From Niastella sp. (GTDB taxonomy: Bacteria > Bacteroidota > Bacteroidia > Chitinophagales > Chitinophagaceae), in contig JAJKIL010000347.1 in the NCBI GenBank assembly GCA_021154515.1, forward strand, positions 1 to 37,951: 37,951 nucleotides of DNA. Reading direction: 5' to 3'. Under the pieces are notes generated by a model that saw nothing but the letters and a program-made list of their open reading frames with translations, ran no database searches and was not told where the DNA came from. Below, one piece after another: positions 1-10,780 of this stretch. The position numbers and the translations under genes are program-made. Position 1 is the first letter of the stretch. Every line of letters starts with the position of its first letter.

Positions 1-3000
1 ACAACGTATTGTTTTGATGTTTCCTGTGCCGAGATCTTTGGCTGGTTTATGAATGGCGGCGCCTTGTCGCTGCTGCCTGAAGATGCAGCGCGAGAACCCC
101 GGGAAATACTGGCCACCATTCAAAAGGACAGCGTGACCCATATCAACTTCGTGCCCTCCCTGTTTGCCGCATTTGTAGATGAACTGGAAAGAACAGGTAT
201 TGAACAGATCAAAACGGTAAAATATATCTTTCTTGCCGGTGAAGCATTGCCCATCAAGCTCGTCAGGAGATTTAAGGCCCTGAATACAGGAATTCCTCTT
301 TGGAATATCTACGGACCTACCGAAGGCACCATTTATAGTTCCGCCTATAATACAGATCAGTCGGACGGCTCAACGATGACAGTACCCATTGGGAAACCGC
401 TCACCAATATCAGACTTTATATACTGGACAGGAACCGGCATCTCATGCCGCCGGGTGTGGCAGGAGAACTTTATATAGGAGGCATCGGAGTAGCCAGGGG
501 ATATCTGCATAATGAGGAGTTGACCAGTCAGCGGTTTCCCGAAGATCCTTTTAACCGGGGCGAAAGGATCTATAAAACAGGGGACAGGGCCCGCCGGTTG
601 CCGGATGGGAACCTGGAGTACCTGGGAAGGATCGATGACCAGGTTAAGATCAGGGGATACCGGATAGAACCGGGTGAGATAGAAAGCCGGTTGGCTGAAC
701 ATCCGGAGGTACAGGAAGCAGTGGTAGTGGCAAAAGAAATGAACGGGAGCAGATCGCTGGTCGCTTATTATTTGTCGGACTTTGAATTAGCCCGGGATGT
801 ACTCCGGGCCTTTGTGCTGGAGAAATTGCCTGACTATATGGCCCCTTCCTTTTTTATCCGGTTACAAAAAATACCATTAAATGCCAATGGAAAAGTAGAT
901 AGGAAAGCATTGCCGGACCTATCTGTATCACCTGGGGAAATATTAGCAGCACCACGGACTCAGGAAGAAAGTTTGTTGGTGGATGTGTGGTCGCAGGTGC
1001 TGGGCATGGAAAAGATCGGTATAACAAATAATTTCTTTTTAATAGGAGGCGATTCTATTAAATCCATCCAGATCTGTTCCAGGCTGCGAAGCGCAGGATA
1101 TGAACTGACTGTAAAAGATATTTTCGCTCATCAGACGATCCGGCAATTGGCCCCGAAATTAAAAAAGATCACTGTCGTATCCGATCAATCCGTCATCACG
1201 GGAAGATCACGGCTGAGTCCCATACAGCAATGGTTCTTTAACGGCCCTGTAAAGAACAAGAACCATTTTACGCAGTCGGTGCTGCTGTATGTTGAGGCAG
1301 GCATCAGTTATGAAACCATATATCGCATATTTAAAAAGATCCAGGAACATCATGATGCCTTGCGGATGGTCTTCATCAACATAGCCGGGTCGATCATTCC
1401 TGAAAATAAAGGGCTGGAACTGCCTGTTGCCCTTGCAGAATATGATCTCCGGCAGGAAGAAGACGAGGAAGCTGCATTAACCCTTCTTGCTGATGAAATG
1501 CATGCCAGTATCGATCTGGCAACCGGTCCCCTGATGAGGCTGGGGCTGTTTCATATGAATAAAGGAAGCAGGCTCCTTATTGTTATCCATCACCTGGTGG
1601 TGGATGGCATTTCCTGGAGAATATTATTCGAAGATTTCGAAACGCTTTATCAACAGCTATCACATAAACAACCGTTGACCCTGCCATTAAAGACCGATCC
1701 CTTTTTATCCTGGCCCGGCCATTTGGAAAAATATTACAGGAGTAGTGATTTTGAAAAACAAAAAAAATATTGGAAAGAGCAGGCGTCTGCTTTGCCCAGG
1801 GATTATCCGGAAGGTAATAATCTCCTGAAAGATCACCGGAAAGTGCTTTTCCGTTTGGACAGAGCCGCCACCGATCAATTGCTGACGCTCGTTCCTTCGG
1901 CCTTTAATACCCAGATCAATGATATTTTGTTGACGGCTCTGTTGCTCAGCATCAATAAAAGATACGGACAGGATTCATGGGTGATCGATCTTGAAACCCA
2001 CGGCCGGCAGGACATTCTTCCGGGCGTAAATTTCAATAGAACCATAGGATGGTTTACCAGTATTTACCCTGTATTAATAGAGATGCAGCATGGTGAACTG
2101 AAAAATACGATCAGGCAGGTAAAGGAAACGCTGCGGAAAGTGCCAGGTCACGGCATAGGGTACCTGCTGCAGAAGTATCAGAACGGTGTTGTAGGTATCG
2201 ACGAAGCCCTGCAGACATCCGGGATCTGCTTCAACTATCTGGGACAGTTTGATGCCGATACCAACAGTAATGTGTATAGCCTGGCCGGGGAGAATAAAGG
2301 AAACGAAATTGGCCTGGAAGAACAGGTACCATATGACTGGAGCGTTTCAGGGATGATACTTAACGGCCAGTTGGAAATGAGTGTTTCTTATAGTGTAAGG
2401 CAATACATGCCCGGTACGATGGAAAGTTTCATGAAAGATTATGAAGAGAACCTGCGTGCGATCATTGAATATTGTAGTACCTATGGACGAACGGAACTGA
2501 CCCCATCTGACCTGATCTACAAAGACCTGTCGGTAGCTAAACTGGATGAGATCCAGGCAAAGTATACCATTGAAAATATAAGTTTATTATCGCCGATGCA
2601 GGAAGGGATACTGTATCACAGTCTGCTGGATACAGGAGCTGTAAAGTATCTCATGCAAACAACCTGTAGGGTAAAAGGAGAACTGAATGTAGCGGTTGTA
2701 GCACAAAGCCTGGATTTTCTGATGGCGAGATATGATATCCTTCGCACCATTTTTCTTCACGAAGGATATGACCCGCATGTACAGGTGGTATTGAAGGAGA
2801 GAAGGGCCAGCCTGGTATTCGAAGACATCCGAAAAGATCTGTGGAAACTTGCCGTCTGGCAGTTACAGGAGAGAGAAAGGATATATGACCTGAGTGCAGA
2901 TGTGTTAATGCGGCTGGTAATATTGCAGACGGAGGAAAAGGAATACGAATTGATATGGGGCCATCATCACCTGCTGATGGATGGCTGGTGCATGGGTATT

Positions 3001-6000
3001 TTGGTAAATGAATTTATGGCCATCTATTCGATGATCATAAGAGGAAAGGAAATTGTTCTGCCCCCGGTAAAACCCTGGTCGAAATATATGGAATGGCTGG
3101 GGAACAGGGAGAAGGAAAGATCGGCCGCTTTTTGGCGGGAATATCTGTCAGGATATGATAGCCTGGCAAGTTTGCCGCAGCAGACAGGGCGGCAGGAGTA
3201 TGCATATAAAATGAAGGAACTGGTCATCGATGAAAACCTTACAAAAGGATTGAGCCGGTTTTCCGGGCAGTATGGCATCACACAGAATACGATCATCCAG
3301 GGCGCGTGGGCAATGCTGCTGGCCCGGTATAATAATACACAGGATGTTGTATTCGGATCGGTCGTATCTGGCCGCCCGGCTGAGATCGAAGGAGTGGAGA
3401 CGATGGTAGGTCTTTTTATTAATACGATTCCGGTCAGGATACACTATAGTGGCACTGAGACAGTGGTTGATTACTTACAGGGGTTGCAGGCCAGGGCCTT
3501 GGAAAGCGAGCCACATCATTATCATCCTTTATCAGAGATCCAGGCATTGAGCGAAATGGGCGACGGGCTTTTTGATCATATCATCGCTTTCGAGAATTAT
3601 CCGCTGGCTCAACAGATCGAAGCAGCAACCAATGCCCCATTTGAGATCAGTAATGCGGATTTCTTCGTGCAGACCAATTATGAGCTGAATATCACCATTC
3701 TGCCATTGAATGAAATGATCATTAAATTTGAATACAACAGCAATAGATATTCAGAGGAGACGATAGCCAACATCAGCAGTCAGCTGAAAAATATTATCAG
3801 CGCCGTCATTGCACGACCGGATGGACTTTTAAAAGATATTTCGCTGTACAATGAACAGGAAGAATTGGCGCTCAGAGCCTGGCTGACGGCCGGCCTGGAG
3901 CAAAAAACAGCACCCATTCAATTCCTGCTTGGCCGGAGTTTCGAAATGCACGCAGATCATTATGCGATAGAGTACAGGGGGAAACAATACAGTTATAAAG
4001 AAATGGGCGCTGATGCCGGTAAGATAGCCACAGCAATAGCCCGTCATGGGATTGCTGAAGGCAGCCCAATAGGAATATATTGCGAAGACAGACGCTGGTT
4101 GATCAGCTCGATTCTGGGTATTGTACAATCGCGCATGGTATTCGTGCCGCTGGAGACGAAGCTTCCCGCAAGCCGCCTCGCATCCATGATCAGCCAGACA
4201 GGTATCCGGTATATCATTACCGATCAGGAACAGACAGACCGTAAAAAAATAGATGCCTCCGGAACGATCACCTGGCTGTCTCTCCACGAAATCAGCACGA
4301 CCAGTGAAAACTTCGTTGCCCGGACGGATTTCGATCCGGAAGACCATTTGTATATTTATTTCACATCTGGTTCTACAGGTAAGATAAAAGGAGTAGTAGG
4401 CATCAATAAAGGACTCGCCCATTTTATTGATTGGGAAATACGAACCTTCCACATCGACAATACTTTCCGGTTCGGTCAGTTCACCAACCCCGGCTTCGAC
4501 GTGTTTATGAGGGATATATTTGTACCGCTCTGTTCGGGAGCTACCATATGCATACCCGATGAAGAAAGCTTGTTCACGGCGCCAAAGATCAGTGCATGGA
4601 TAGATCACCAGCAGATCGATCTGATCCACTGCGTACCCAGTTTCTTTAAATTATTCGCAAAAGGCAACTTGCAGGAAGGGTTGTTCCCTTCGCTGAAATA
4701 CATACTCCTGGCAGGCGAAAAGATCCTGCCTTATGAATTACAGGAATGGTATAAGACATTTGGGAATCGCATTCAGCTTGTAAATATTTATGGTCCTACT
4801 GAAACAACCCTGGCCAAGGGCTATTATTTGATCCGGCCGGCAGACAGCAAAGCTGCCTACATTCCTGTAAGGCCAATGCCCGGAGCGCAATTTTTGATCC
4901 TTGACAAGGATAGGCAGGTATCTCCGCCCGGCGCCATCGGCGAGATCTATATCAGAACGCCTTACCGTACAACCGGCTACCTGGATGCTGCTGCCACAAA
5001 AAAATCCTTTATCGTCAACCCCTACAGCAATAATAAAGAAGATCTGCTCTACCGCACCGGTGATGTAGGAAAGGCGTTGGATAATGGAGAGATCGTGATA
5101 CTCGGGCGCTCTGACCACCAGGTGAAGATCAGGGGTATAAGGATCGAGCCGGATGATATCCGGGCAAATATACTCCGGTATCCGGGCGTAACAGATGCGC
5201 TGGTATTGGCAAAAACCGACAAAGAAGGGGAGACATTCCTTTGCGCCTATATTGTATCGGACCCGCCCTTCGAGGAACCGGCAATAAGAAGTTTCTTACA
5301 AACCCATTTACCCGGGAATATGCTTCCGGCATTCCTGATGCATTTGCCTGTGTTCCCTCTTCAGCCAAACGGCAAGATCAACCGAAAAGCATTGCCTGAA
5401 CCAGGCTTCGGACAGGCAATCGATCATATTCCTCCTTCCGGTGCCATAGAGGATAAACTGGCAGATATCTGGTCGGAAGTACTGAAAATGGATAAAGGAT
5501 TAATAAGCACTAACAAGAGTTTTCAGGAGCTGGGCGGACATTCAGTAAGAGTGTTCAGGCTGCTCAATAAAATTCAGCAGTCATTTCATTTAAAACTAAA
5601 ATTGGATGATATACTCCGGCACGATACCATCCAGCTGTCAGCCACGCTTATCGCACGATCTGTAAGGGATAATAACGGCGAGATTCCGGTATTGGAAAAT
5701 AAGGAATACTATTCTACCTCTCCGGCGCAGAAACGAATGTATTACCAGTATTTAATGAACAGGGAAAGTATTCGTTACAATATTCCGATTGCCGTAAGGA
5801 TCAATGGAGAAACAGATATTCCCCGGCTGCGGGATGCATTGATCAAATTGACAAATCGTCATCCTGGTTTAAGGACCAGCTTTCTGCTGACAGGGGATGA
5901 TGTGCTGCAGACAATCAATGCGGAGGCCGGTTTGGAACTGGAATGGATGGGCGAAGATCAATATAACTCGGTCGGCGAGGCTTTCAATGCATTTATCAGA

Positions 6001-6981
6001 CCTTTTGATCTGACCATGAAGTCCCTGATGCGATGTGCTTTGTTAAAGGGGCGGGAAACAGATACATTATTCGTTGATGTGCATCATATCGTAGCCGATG
6101 GGATCTCCCTGAATATTATGATCCATGACTTCAAGAAGCTTTACTTAGGAGAAGCGCTTCAGCCCCTGACACTGCGTTACGTGGATTATGCAGGTTGGAT
6201 CAGTAACAGCCCGGACATATGGCAACAACATAAAGAATATTGGGCAAAGCAATTGTCCGGAGAATTACCTGGCGGCATTTTGCAGGCTATCAGGACAGGC
6301 TCAGGAAACGATATACATGTGGCGGCCTCAAAGGAATTGATAGTGGACGAAAAGTTATACGAAAATATCCGGCAATTCGCCCTGGCATCCGGGGTGTCCG
6401 ACTTTATATTCCATTTATCGGTGTGTTACCTGTTATTATCCAAATTGTCCGGAAGCCAGGACATCATCATCGGGACTGATGTGGTAGGCAGAACAAAGGC
6501 TTCCCTGCAGGACATCGTTGGCACCTTTGTGAATATCCTGCCTTTAAGAGTGCAGGTAAGACCCGATATTTCCTATGAGGAATTATTACTCGGTATTAAA
6601 CGCACGGTGGTAGAAGGATTCGATCACCAGGATTTTCAATTCGATCAGATGGTTTCTCTTGTAGACAGTAAGGGAACTGGCCTGTCCGAAAGCCCGCTGA
6701 TCGATGTTCACCTTTCCTTCTCCAATACCATCGATGATACCATAGAACTGGATGAATTTGAGATTTTATCCTTGCAGAACAAACATGATCAGCTGACGAA
6801 TTATGAGCTGCAGCTGGAAGCCAGGACCGTAGGAAAAAGATTGTACATCGATTTTATTTACAGCAAAGAATTGTATGATGCCGATACCATTGAATGGATC
6901 ATGAAGTACTATACGAATATCTTACAATTCGTGATCCGGAACAGGCATGTGAAAATCGGGAATATTGAACTTGAAAATTGA
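1..6981 (+). CDS. NRPS1, 5'-truncated; domains A(partial)-T-E-C(DCL)-A-T-C
   Basis: Frame +1 is open from base 1 (TTYCFDVSCAEIFGWF, A4 motif), so ATG 49 is internal. Motifs: YGPTE, YKTGD, QVKIRGYRIEPGEIE, NGKVDR; T GGDSI (~1045); E HHLVVDGISW/RTIGWFTS/FNYLGQFD; DCL HHHLLMDGWC; A YIYFTSGSTG/FDVFMRD; T GGHSV; terminal C HHIVADGIS. No thioesterase. Confidence 0.97.
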   Translation, partial: TTYCFDVSCAEIFGWFMNGGALSLLPEDAAREPREILATIQKDSVTHINFVPSLFAAFVDELERTGIEQIKTVKYIFLAGEALPIKLVRRFKALNTGIPLWNIYGPTEGTIYSSAYNTDQSDGSTMTVPIGKPLTNIRLYILDRNRHLMPPGVAGELYIGGIGVARGYLHNEELTSQRFPEDPFNRGERIYKTGDRARRLPDGNLEYLGRIDDQVKIRGYRIEPGEIESRLAEHPEVQEAVVVAKEMNGSRSLVAYYLSDFELARDVLRAFVLEKLPDYMAPSFFIRLQKIPLNANGKVDRKALPDLSVSPGEILAAPRTQEESLLVDVWSQVLGMEKIGITNNFFLIGGDSIKSIQICSRLRSAGYELTVKDIFAHQTIRQLAPKLKKITVVSDQSVITGRSRLSPIQQWFFNGPVKNKNHFTQSVLLYVEAGISYETIYRIFKKIQEHHDALRMVFINIAGSIIPENKGLELPVALAEYDLRQEEDEEAALTLLADEMHASIDLATGPLMRLGLFHMNKGSRLLIVIHHLVVDGISWRILFEDFETLYQQLSHKQPLTLPLKTDPFLSWPGHLEKYYRSSDFEKQKKYWKEQASALPRDYPEGNNLLKDHRKVLFRLDRAATDQLLTLVPSAFNTQINDILLTALLLSINKRYGQDSWVIDLETHGRQDILPGVNFNRTIGWFTSIYPVLIEMQHGELKNTIRQVKETLRKVPGHGIGYLLQKYQNGVVGIDEALQTSGICFNYLGQFDADTNSNVYSLAGENKGNEIGLEEQVPYDWSVSGMILNGQLEMSVSYSVRQYMPGTMESFMKDYEENLRAIIEYCSTYGRTELTPSDLIYKDLSVAKLDEIQAKYTIENISLLSPMQEGILYHSLLDTGAVKYLMQTTCRVKGELNVAVVAQSLDFLMARYDILRTIFLHEGYDPHVQVVLKERRASLVFEDIRKDLWKLAVWQLQERERIYDLSADVLMRLVILQTEEKEYELIWGHHHLLMDGWCMGILVNEFMAIYSMIIRGKEIVLPPVKPWSKYMEWLGNREKERSAAFWREYLSGYDSLASLPQQTGRQEYAYKMKELVIDENLTKGLSRFSGQYGITQNTIIQGAWAMLLARYNNTQDVVFGSVVSGRPAEIEGVETMVGLFINTIPVRIHYSGTETVVDYLQGLQARALESEPHHYHPLSEIQALSEMGDGLFDHIIAFENYPLAQQIEAATNAPFEISNADFFVQTNYELNITILPLNEMIIKFEYNSNRYSEETIANISSQLKNIISAVIARPDGLLKDISLYNEQEELALRAWLTAGLEQKTAPIQFLLGRSFEMHADHYAIEYRGKQYSYKEMGADAGKIATAIARHGIAEGSPIGIYCEDRRWLISSILGIVQSRMVFVPLETKLPASRLASMISQTGIRYIITDQEQTDRKKIDASGTITWLSLHEISTTSENFVARTDFDPEDHLYIYFTSGSTGKIKGVVGINKGLAHFIDWEIRTFHIDNTFRFGQFTNPGFDVFMRDIFVPLCSGATICIPDEESLFTAPKISAWIDHQQIDLIHCVPSFFKLFAKGNLQEGLFPSLKYILLAGEKILPYELQEWYKTFGNRIQLVNIYGPTETTLAKGYYLIRPADSKAAYIPVRPMPGAQFLILDKDRQVSPPGAIGEIYIRTPYRTTGYLDAAATKKSFIVNPYSNNKEDLLYRTGDVGKALDNGEIVILGRSDHQVKIRGIRIEPDDIRANILRYPGVTDALVLAKTDKEGETFLCAYIVSDPPFEEPAIRSFLQTHLPGNMLPAFLMHLPVFPLQPNGKINRKALPEPGFGQAIDHIPPSGAIEDKLADIWSEVLKMDKGLISTNKSFQELGGHSVRVFRLLNKIQQSFHLKLKLDDILRHDTIQLSATLIARSVRDNNGEIPVLENKEYYSTSPAQKRMYYQYLMNRESIRYNIPIAVRINGETDIPRLRDALIKLTNRHPGLRTSFLLTGDDVLQTINAEAGLELEWMGEDQYNSVGEAFNAFIRPFDLTMKSLMRCALLKGRETDTLFVDVHHIVADGISLNIMIHDFKKLYLGEALQPLTLRYVDYAGWISNSPDIWQQHKEYWAKQLSGELPGGILQAIRTGSGNDIHVAASKELIVDEKLYENIRQFALASGVSDFIFHLSVCYLLLSKLSGSQDIIIGTDVVGRTKASLQDIVGTFVNILPLRVQVRPDISYEELLLGIKRTVVEGFDHQDFQFDQMVSLVDSKGTGLSESPLIDVHLSFSNTIDDTIELDEFEILSLQNKHDQLTNYELQLEARTVGKRLYIDFIYSKELYDADTIEWIMKYYTNILQFVIRNRHVKIGNIELEN

Positions 6982-7004
6982 CCCGGTAAACCAACTCCTC
7001 TTGT

Positions 7005-7775
7005 ATGGAAAATCAAATAGTAAAAGAACAATTCAACAAACAGGCGAAGAAATTTGCCGATTGGGCCGTTACCAGGAATACCGCACAGATGAAGGGGTAT
7101 TATGATTTTTGTGAAATATCGCCCCGGGATACTTTGCTCGACGTTGCCTGCGGACCCGGAGCCATGACAGTATTCATGGCCCACCACGTCAGATCGGCTA
7201 CAGGTGTTGATATCTCGGATAATGAAATTGAAATAGCCAACAATGTAGCCAGACAACTGGGTATAGCCAACATACAGTTCGATTGCTCGGACGTAGAGCA
7301 ACTCCCTTATCCCGACAACTCATTCTCAGTGGTCTTATGTAAAGCGGCCTTTCATCATTTCGTACAGCCGGTAAAAGTATTTAATGAGATGAAGCGTTGC
7401 TGCATGCAGGGCGGTAAGGTAAGTATCCAGGATATAGCCGCTTATGATGACATATATGTAGATGAATATTTCGAAACCTTTGAAAAGCTGGTCGATATCT
7501 GCCATCACAGAACGTTGCAGGAAAGGGAATTTGCTCAATTGTTCACAAATGCTGATATAGATATAACAGACCAGTTTATGTTGACTGTAGATCTTTCGGT
7601 TGACGAATACCTGGAACATGCGGTACAGGATAAGGACGGCAGGTTGGCGCTTGAAAAATTAATCAAAGATGGTATAAAAGACCCTCGGCTGAAAGAATAC
7701 CTTTTTTACAGGGATGACCAATTGTTTTTTAAACGAAATGTATACCTGATCGTAGGCCAGAAAAAAGATAAATAG
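7005..7775 (+). CDS. Class I SAM-dependent methyltransferase (Methyltransf_11/UbiE-like), putative tailoring enzyme
   Basis: LLDVACGPG motif I, GVDIS, and DVEQLPYPDNSFSVV motif; 256 aa; directly follows NRPS1. Confidence 0.9.
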   Translation: MENQIVKEQFNKQAKKFADWAVTRNTAQMKGYYDFCEISPRDTLLDVACGPGAMTVFMAHHVRSATGVDISDNEIEIANNVARQLGIANIQFDCSDVEQLPYPDNSFSVVLCKAAFHHFVQPVKVFNEMKRCCMQGGKVSIQDIAAYDDIYVDEYFETFEKLVDICHHRTLQEREFAQLFTNADIDITDQFMLTVDLSVDEYLEHAVQDKDGRLALEKLIKDGIKDPRLKEYLFYRDDQLFFKRNVYLIVGQKKDK

Positions 7776-7801
7776 TTAACCGCATTATAATATGAATAAC
7801 G

Positions 7802-8848
7802 ATGGACTTTAGCCTTTTCTTTTTTTCCAGTTACAAGGTCAGGTCCGACAATAAATACAAGTTATTGTTGGAGGCAGCAAAGTTTGCTGACAGGAACGGT
7901 TTTAAAGCCGTATGGACTCCTGAACGCCATTTCCATGAATTTGGCGGTCTTTTTCCCAACCCTTCTGTTACCAGCGCAGCCCTTGCAATGGTCACCAAAC
8001 AGATAGAATTGCGGAGTGGAAGCGTTGTTTCGCCATTACATGATGCAGTAAGGATCGCCGAAGAATGGTCTGTGGTAGACAACCTGTCAAAAGGAAGGAT
8101 CGCGCTTTCTTTTGCTTCCGGCTGGAACGGAAACGATTTCTGCCTGGCGCCGGATAATTACAAAGACAGACATCGCATCATGTATGAACAGATAGATAGT
8201 ATACAACGTCTCTGGAAAGGAGAAAGTAGTAAAAGAAGGAACGGGCTGCATAAAGAAATACCCTTCCGGATTTTCCCCGCCCCCGTTCAAAAAGAATTGC
8301 CTGTCTGGATCACAGCTGCGGGAAATGAGGAAACGTACCGCATTGCCGGTGAAAAGGGGGCTCATTTATTAACACATCTGTTGGGACAGGACATGCGCGA
8401 TCTGGCAGGAAAAATAAAATTATATCGTGAAGGAAGACGGGCTGGAGGATTCGCAGAGAATTCCGGAAAAGTGGCGCTCATGCTGCATACCTACATCGGA
8501 GAGGATATCAGGGAAGTAGAACGTATCGTTGAAAAACCTTTTATGGAATACTTAAAAAGTGCCACCAGTCTAAGCAAGATCATGTACCAGGAGGCAGGAT
8601 TAAATGAGGAGGAGATCAGTGAAGAAGACAAACAGACGATGCTGAGGCATTCCTTTCAGCGATACAGCAAGACCTCTGCGCTGATCGGAACCGGTAGTAG
8701 TTGCCGCGCCATGGTGAATAGCCTGGCAGCAATAGGCGTGGATGAGATCGCCTGCCTGATCGATTTTGGCATTGAGGAAACTGAATTGATCAAAGGACTG
8801 AAGAATCTGCAGGCCTTCAGGGAGGCACTTACACCTGGACAAAACTGA
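7802..8848 (+). CDS. Luciferase-like (LLM) flavin-dependent monooxygenase, MupA/natural-product-biosynthesis type
   Basis: MDFSLFFFS, AVWTPERHFHEFGGLFPNPSV, RIAEEWSVVDNLSKGR, LLTHLLGQ and GVDEIACLIDFG are hallmark motifs of this family. Confidence 0.93.
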   Translation: MDFSLFFFSSYKVRSDNKYKLLLEAAKFADRNGFKAVWTPERHFHEFGGLFPNPSVTSAALAMVTKQIELRSGSVVSPLHDAVRIAEEWSVVDNLSKGRIALSFASGWNGNDFCLAPDNYKDRHRIMYEQIDSIQRLWKGESSKRRNGLHKEIPFRIFPAPVQKELPVWITAAGNEETYRIAGEKGAHLLTHLLGQDMRDLAGKIKLYREGRRAGGFAENSGKVALMLHTYIGEDIREVERIVEKPFMEYLKSATSLSKIMYQEAGLNEEEISEEDKQTMLRHSFQRYSKTSALIGTGSSCRAMVNSLAAIGVDEIACLIDFGIEETELIKGLKNLQAFREALTPGQN

Positions 8849-8886
8849 ACTTTTATGGCGGATGAAAACAAAAACCAGTAACTATT

Positions 8887-10746
8887 ATGTGTGGTATCTG
8901 CGGATTTATAAAATTTAACAACAGGACGTCAGGCGAGGATGCCGGGATCATCCGGAAAATGAACAGCAAACTGTTTCATAGAGGTCCCGATGCCCAGGAC
9001 ACCTTGCTTTTTGATAATGTGGCACTGGGTTTCAGCCGGCTCAGTATAATTGGACTTGAGAATGGTATGCAGCCCATTTATAACGAAGACGGGTCCCTTG
9101 TGCTGGTGTGTAACGGAGAGATCTTCAATCATATTGAGATCCGGGAAGAATTACAAAAAGCGGGACATGTGTTCAAAACCCGGTCTGATGTAGAAGTGAT
9201 CGTTCATTTATATGAGCAGGAAGGAATGGAATTCCTTAATAAATTGAATGGCCAGTTTGCTTTTGCTTTGTATGATAAGCGGATCGGGAAATTATTATGC
9301 GCAAGGGACCCGATGGGTATCTGCCCCTTGTATTATACCCTGGTAGAAAACACTTTTATTTTTGGGTCGGAGATCAAAGCGATCCTCGAACATCCCCTTG
9401 TCCCCCGTGAAGTTGACCTGGTTGGTCTTGACCAGGTGTTCACATTTGCCGGGCTTATCAGCCCCAGAACAATGTTAAGGCATATCAACAGCCTGGAGAA
9501 CGGCCATTATATTATCGTCAATGACCAGGGTGTTATTCAAAACAACGAATATTGGGACCTCATCTATCCCGAACAGGAGATGCAACAGGACGGGCATCCT
9601 GAAAAATATTATATCGATAAACTGGAAGAATACTTCGAGCGATCGATCCAGCTCAGACTAAGGGCAGATGTGCCTTCCGGACTTTACCTGAGCGGAGGGC
9701 TGGACTCATCGATGATCACGATGAAAGTTAGCCAACTATACCCCACTATCAGTAAAGAGGTCTTTTCCATTGATTTCGCAGAGTCCAATATTTCGGAAAC
9801 ACCCTACCAGATACTGATAGCAAACGAAAGCCGTTCGAAACTGAATAAGAAGACATTTTACTTTAAGGATATCAGTGAAAGGCTGAAGCAGGCTATCTAT
9901 CACTGCGAATGCCCGCTCAAAGAGACCTATAACACCGCCTCCCTGTCATTATCAGAGGCCACCAGGGCTAAAGGGATCAAAGTGATCCTGTCGGGCGAGG
10001 GTTCGGACGAACTTTTTGCCGGATATGTAGGCTACCGTTTTGACAAGATGCGGGCAATGAATTTTGTACAAAATGCCACCAGCCCGGAAGAAGAGGACAT
10101 CCGGGAACGTATTTGGGGAGATAAGACGTTGTTTTATGAAAACAATTTTCAGGAACTGGAAACAATAAAAAGAGGATTGTATTCGGATGCAGTCAATGAA
10201 AAATTTGACGAGGTCAATTGCCTTAACCACCCGGTCATTAATAAAGAAAGACTACGTAACCGGGATGTACTGAACAAGCGGTCGTATATCGATTATAAAC
10301 TGAGACTGGTCGATCACCTGGTAACCGATCATGGAGACAAAATGGCGTTGGCCAATTCTGTTGAAGTAAGATATCCTTTCCTCGACAAGGACCTCATCGC
10401 TTTCTCAACACAGGTGCCGCCAGAACTGAAACTGAAGGATTTTACAGAGAAATATGTAGTAAAGGGCATGGCTAGCCGCTTTGTGCCGAAAAAGATTATC
10501 GATCGGGAAAAATTCGGTTTTATTGCGCCTGGAAGCCCTTACCTGCTTCAAAACAACATAGAATATATCGAACAGATCCTCTCCTATGATTTGATCAGGA
10601 AGCAGGGATATTTTAATCCCGACAGGATCGAAGAATTGAAAAATACCTACAGACAAAAAGGATTCACCCTAAACATTCCCTTTGAAAGCGATTTACTGAT
10701 CACCGTGATCACTTTTGGAATACTCCTGGAGGAGTATTTTTCTTGA
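8887..10746 (+). CDS. asnB: Asparagine synthase (glutamine-hydrolysing)-family amidotransferase
   Basis: N-terminal MCGICG (Ntn Cys), HRGPD, RLSIIGL, NGEIFNH, LSGGLDSS, LSGEGSDELFAGY, EVRYPFLD. Confidence 0.95.
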   Translation: MCGICGFIKFNNRTSGEDAGIIRKMNSKLFHRGPDAQDTLLFDNVALGFSRLSIIGLENGMQPIYNEDGSLVLVCNGEIFNHIEIREELQKAGHVFKTRSDVEVIVHLYEQEGMEFLNKLNGQFAFALYDKRIGKLLCARDPMGICPLYYTLVENTFIFGSEIKAILEHPLVPREVDLVGLDQVFTFAGLISPRTMLRHINSLENGHYIIVNDQGVIQNNEYWDLIYPEQEMQQDGHPEKYYIDKLEEYFERSIQLRLRADVPSGLYLSGGLDSSMITMKVSQLYPTISKEVFSIDFAESNISETPYQILIANESRSKLNKKTFYFKDISERLKQAIYHCECPLKETYNTASLSLSEATRAKGIKVILSGEGSDELFAGYVGYRFDKMRAMNFVQNATSPEEEDIRERIWGDKTLFYENNFQELETIKRGLYSDAVNEKFDEVNCLNHPVINKERLRNRDVLNKRSYIDYKLRLVDHLVTDHGDKMALANSVEVRYPFLDKDLIAFSTQVPPELKLKDFTEKYVVKGMASRFVPKKIIDREKFGFIAPGSPYLLQNNIEYIEQILSYDLIRKQGYFNPDRIEELKNTYRQKGFTLNIPFESDLLITVITFGILLEEYFS

Positions 10747-10780
10747 ACCCGCAACACCTGAACCTGCCAATTCAAGCACT

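Noticed and set aside
49-51. ATG 49 as the start of NRPS1
   Set aside because: The frame is open upstream and already inside an A domain (FDVS), so the gene begins before the window.
2956-2991. HHH motif (WGHHHLLMDGWC) as a beta-lactam-forming C domain
   Set aside because: HHH occurs in ordinary DCL domains. This one follows a normal E domain and the upstream code is not Ser-like.
3829-4629. 266-aa reverse-strand ORF and the many other short antisense or off-frame ORFs
   Set aside because: They lie within well-supported + strand genes and show no recognisable motifs; they are shadow ORFs.
8855-8881. 8-codon mini-ORF (MADENKNQ) between the LLM gene and asnB
   Set aside because: Too short to distinguish from chance, with no precursor-peptide or leader features.
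8887-10746. asnB as a lasso-peptide cyclase
   Set aside because: It has an intact N-terminal glutaminase Cys, and no lasso precursor, RRE or B protein is nearby.
10715-10780. Longer TTG start for the serine hydrolase
   Set aside because: It overlaps asnB and buries the signal peptide; ATG 10781 is more plausible.
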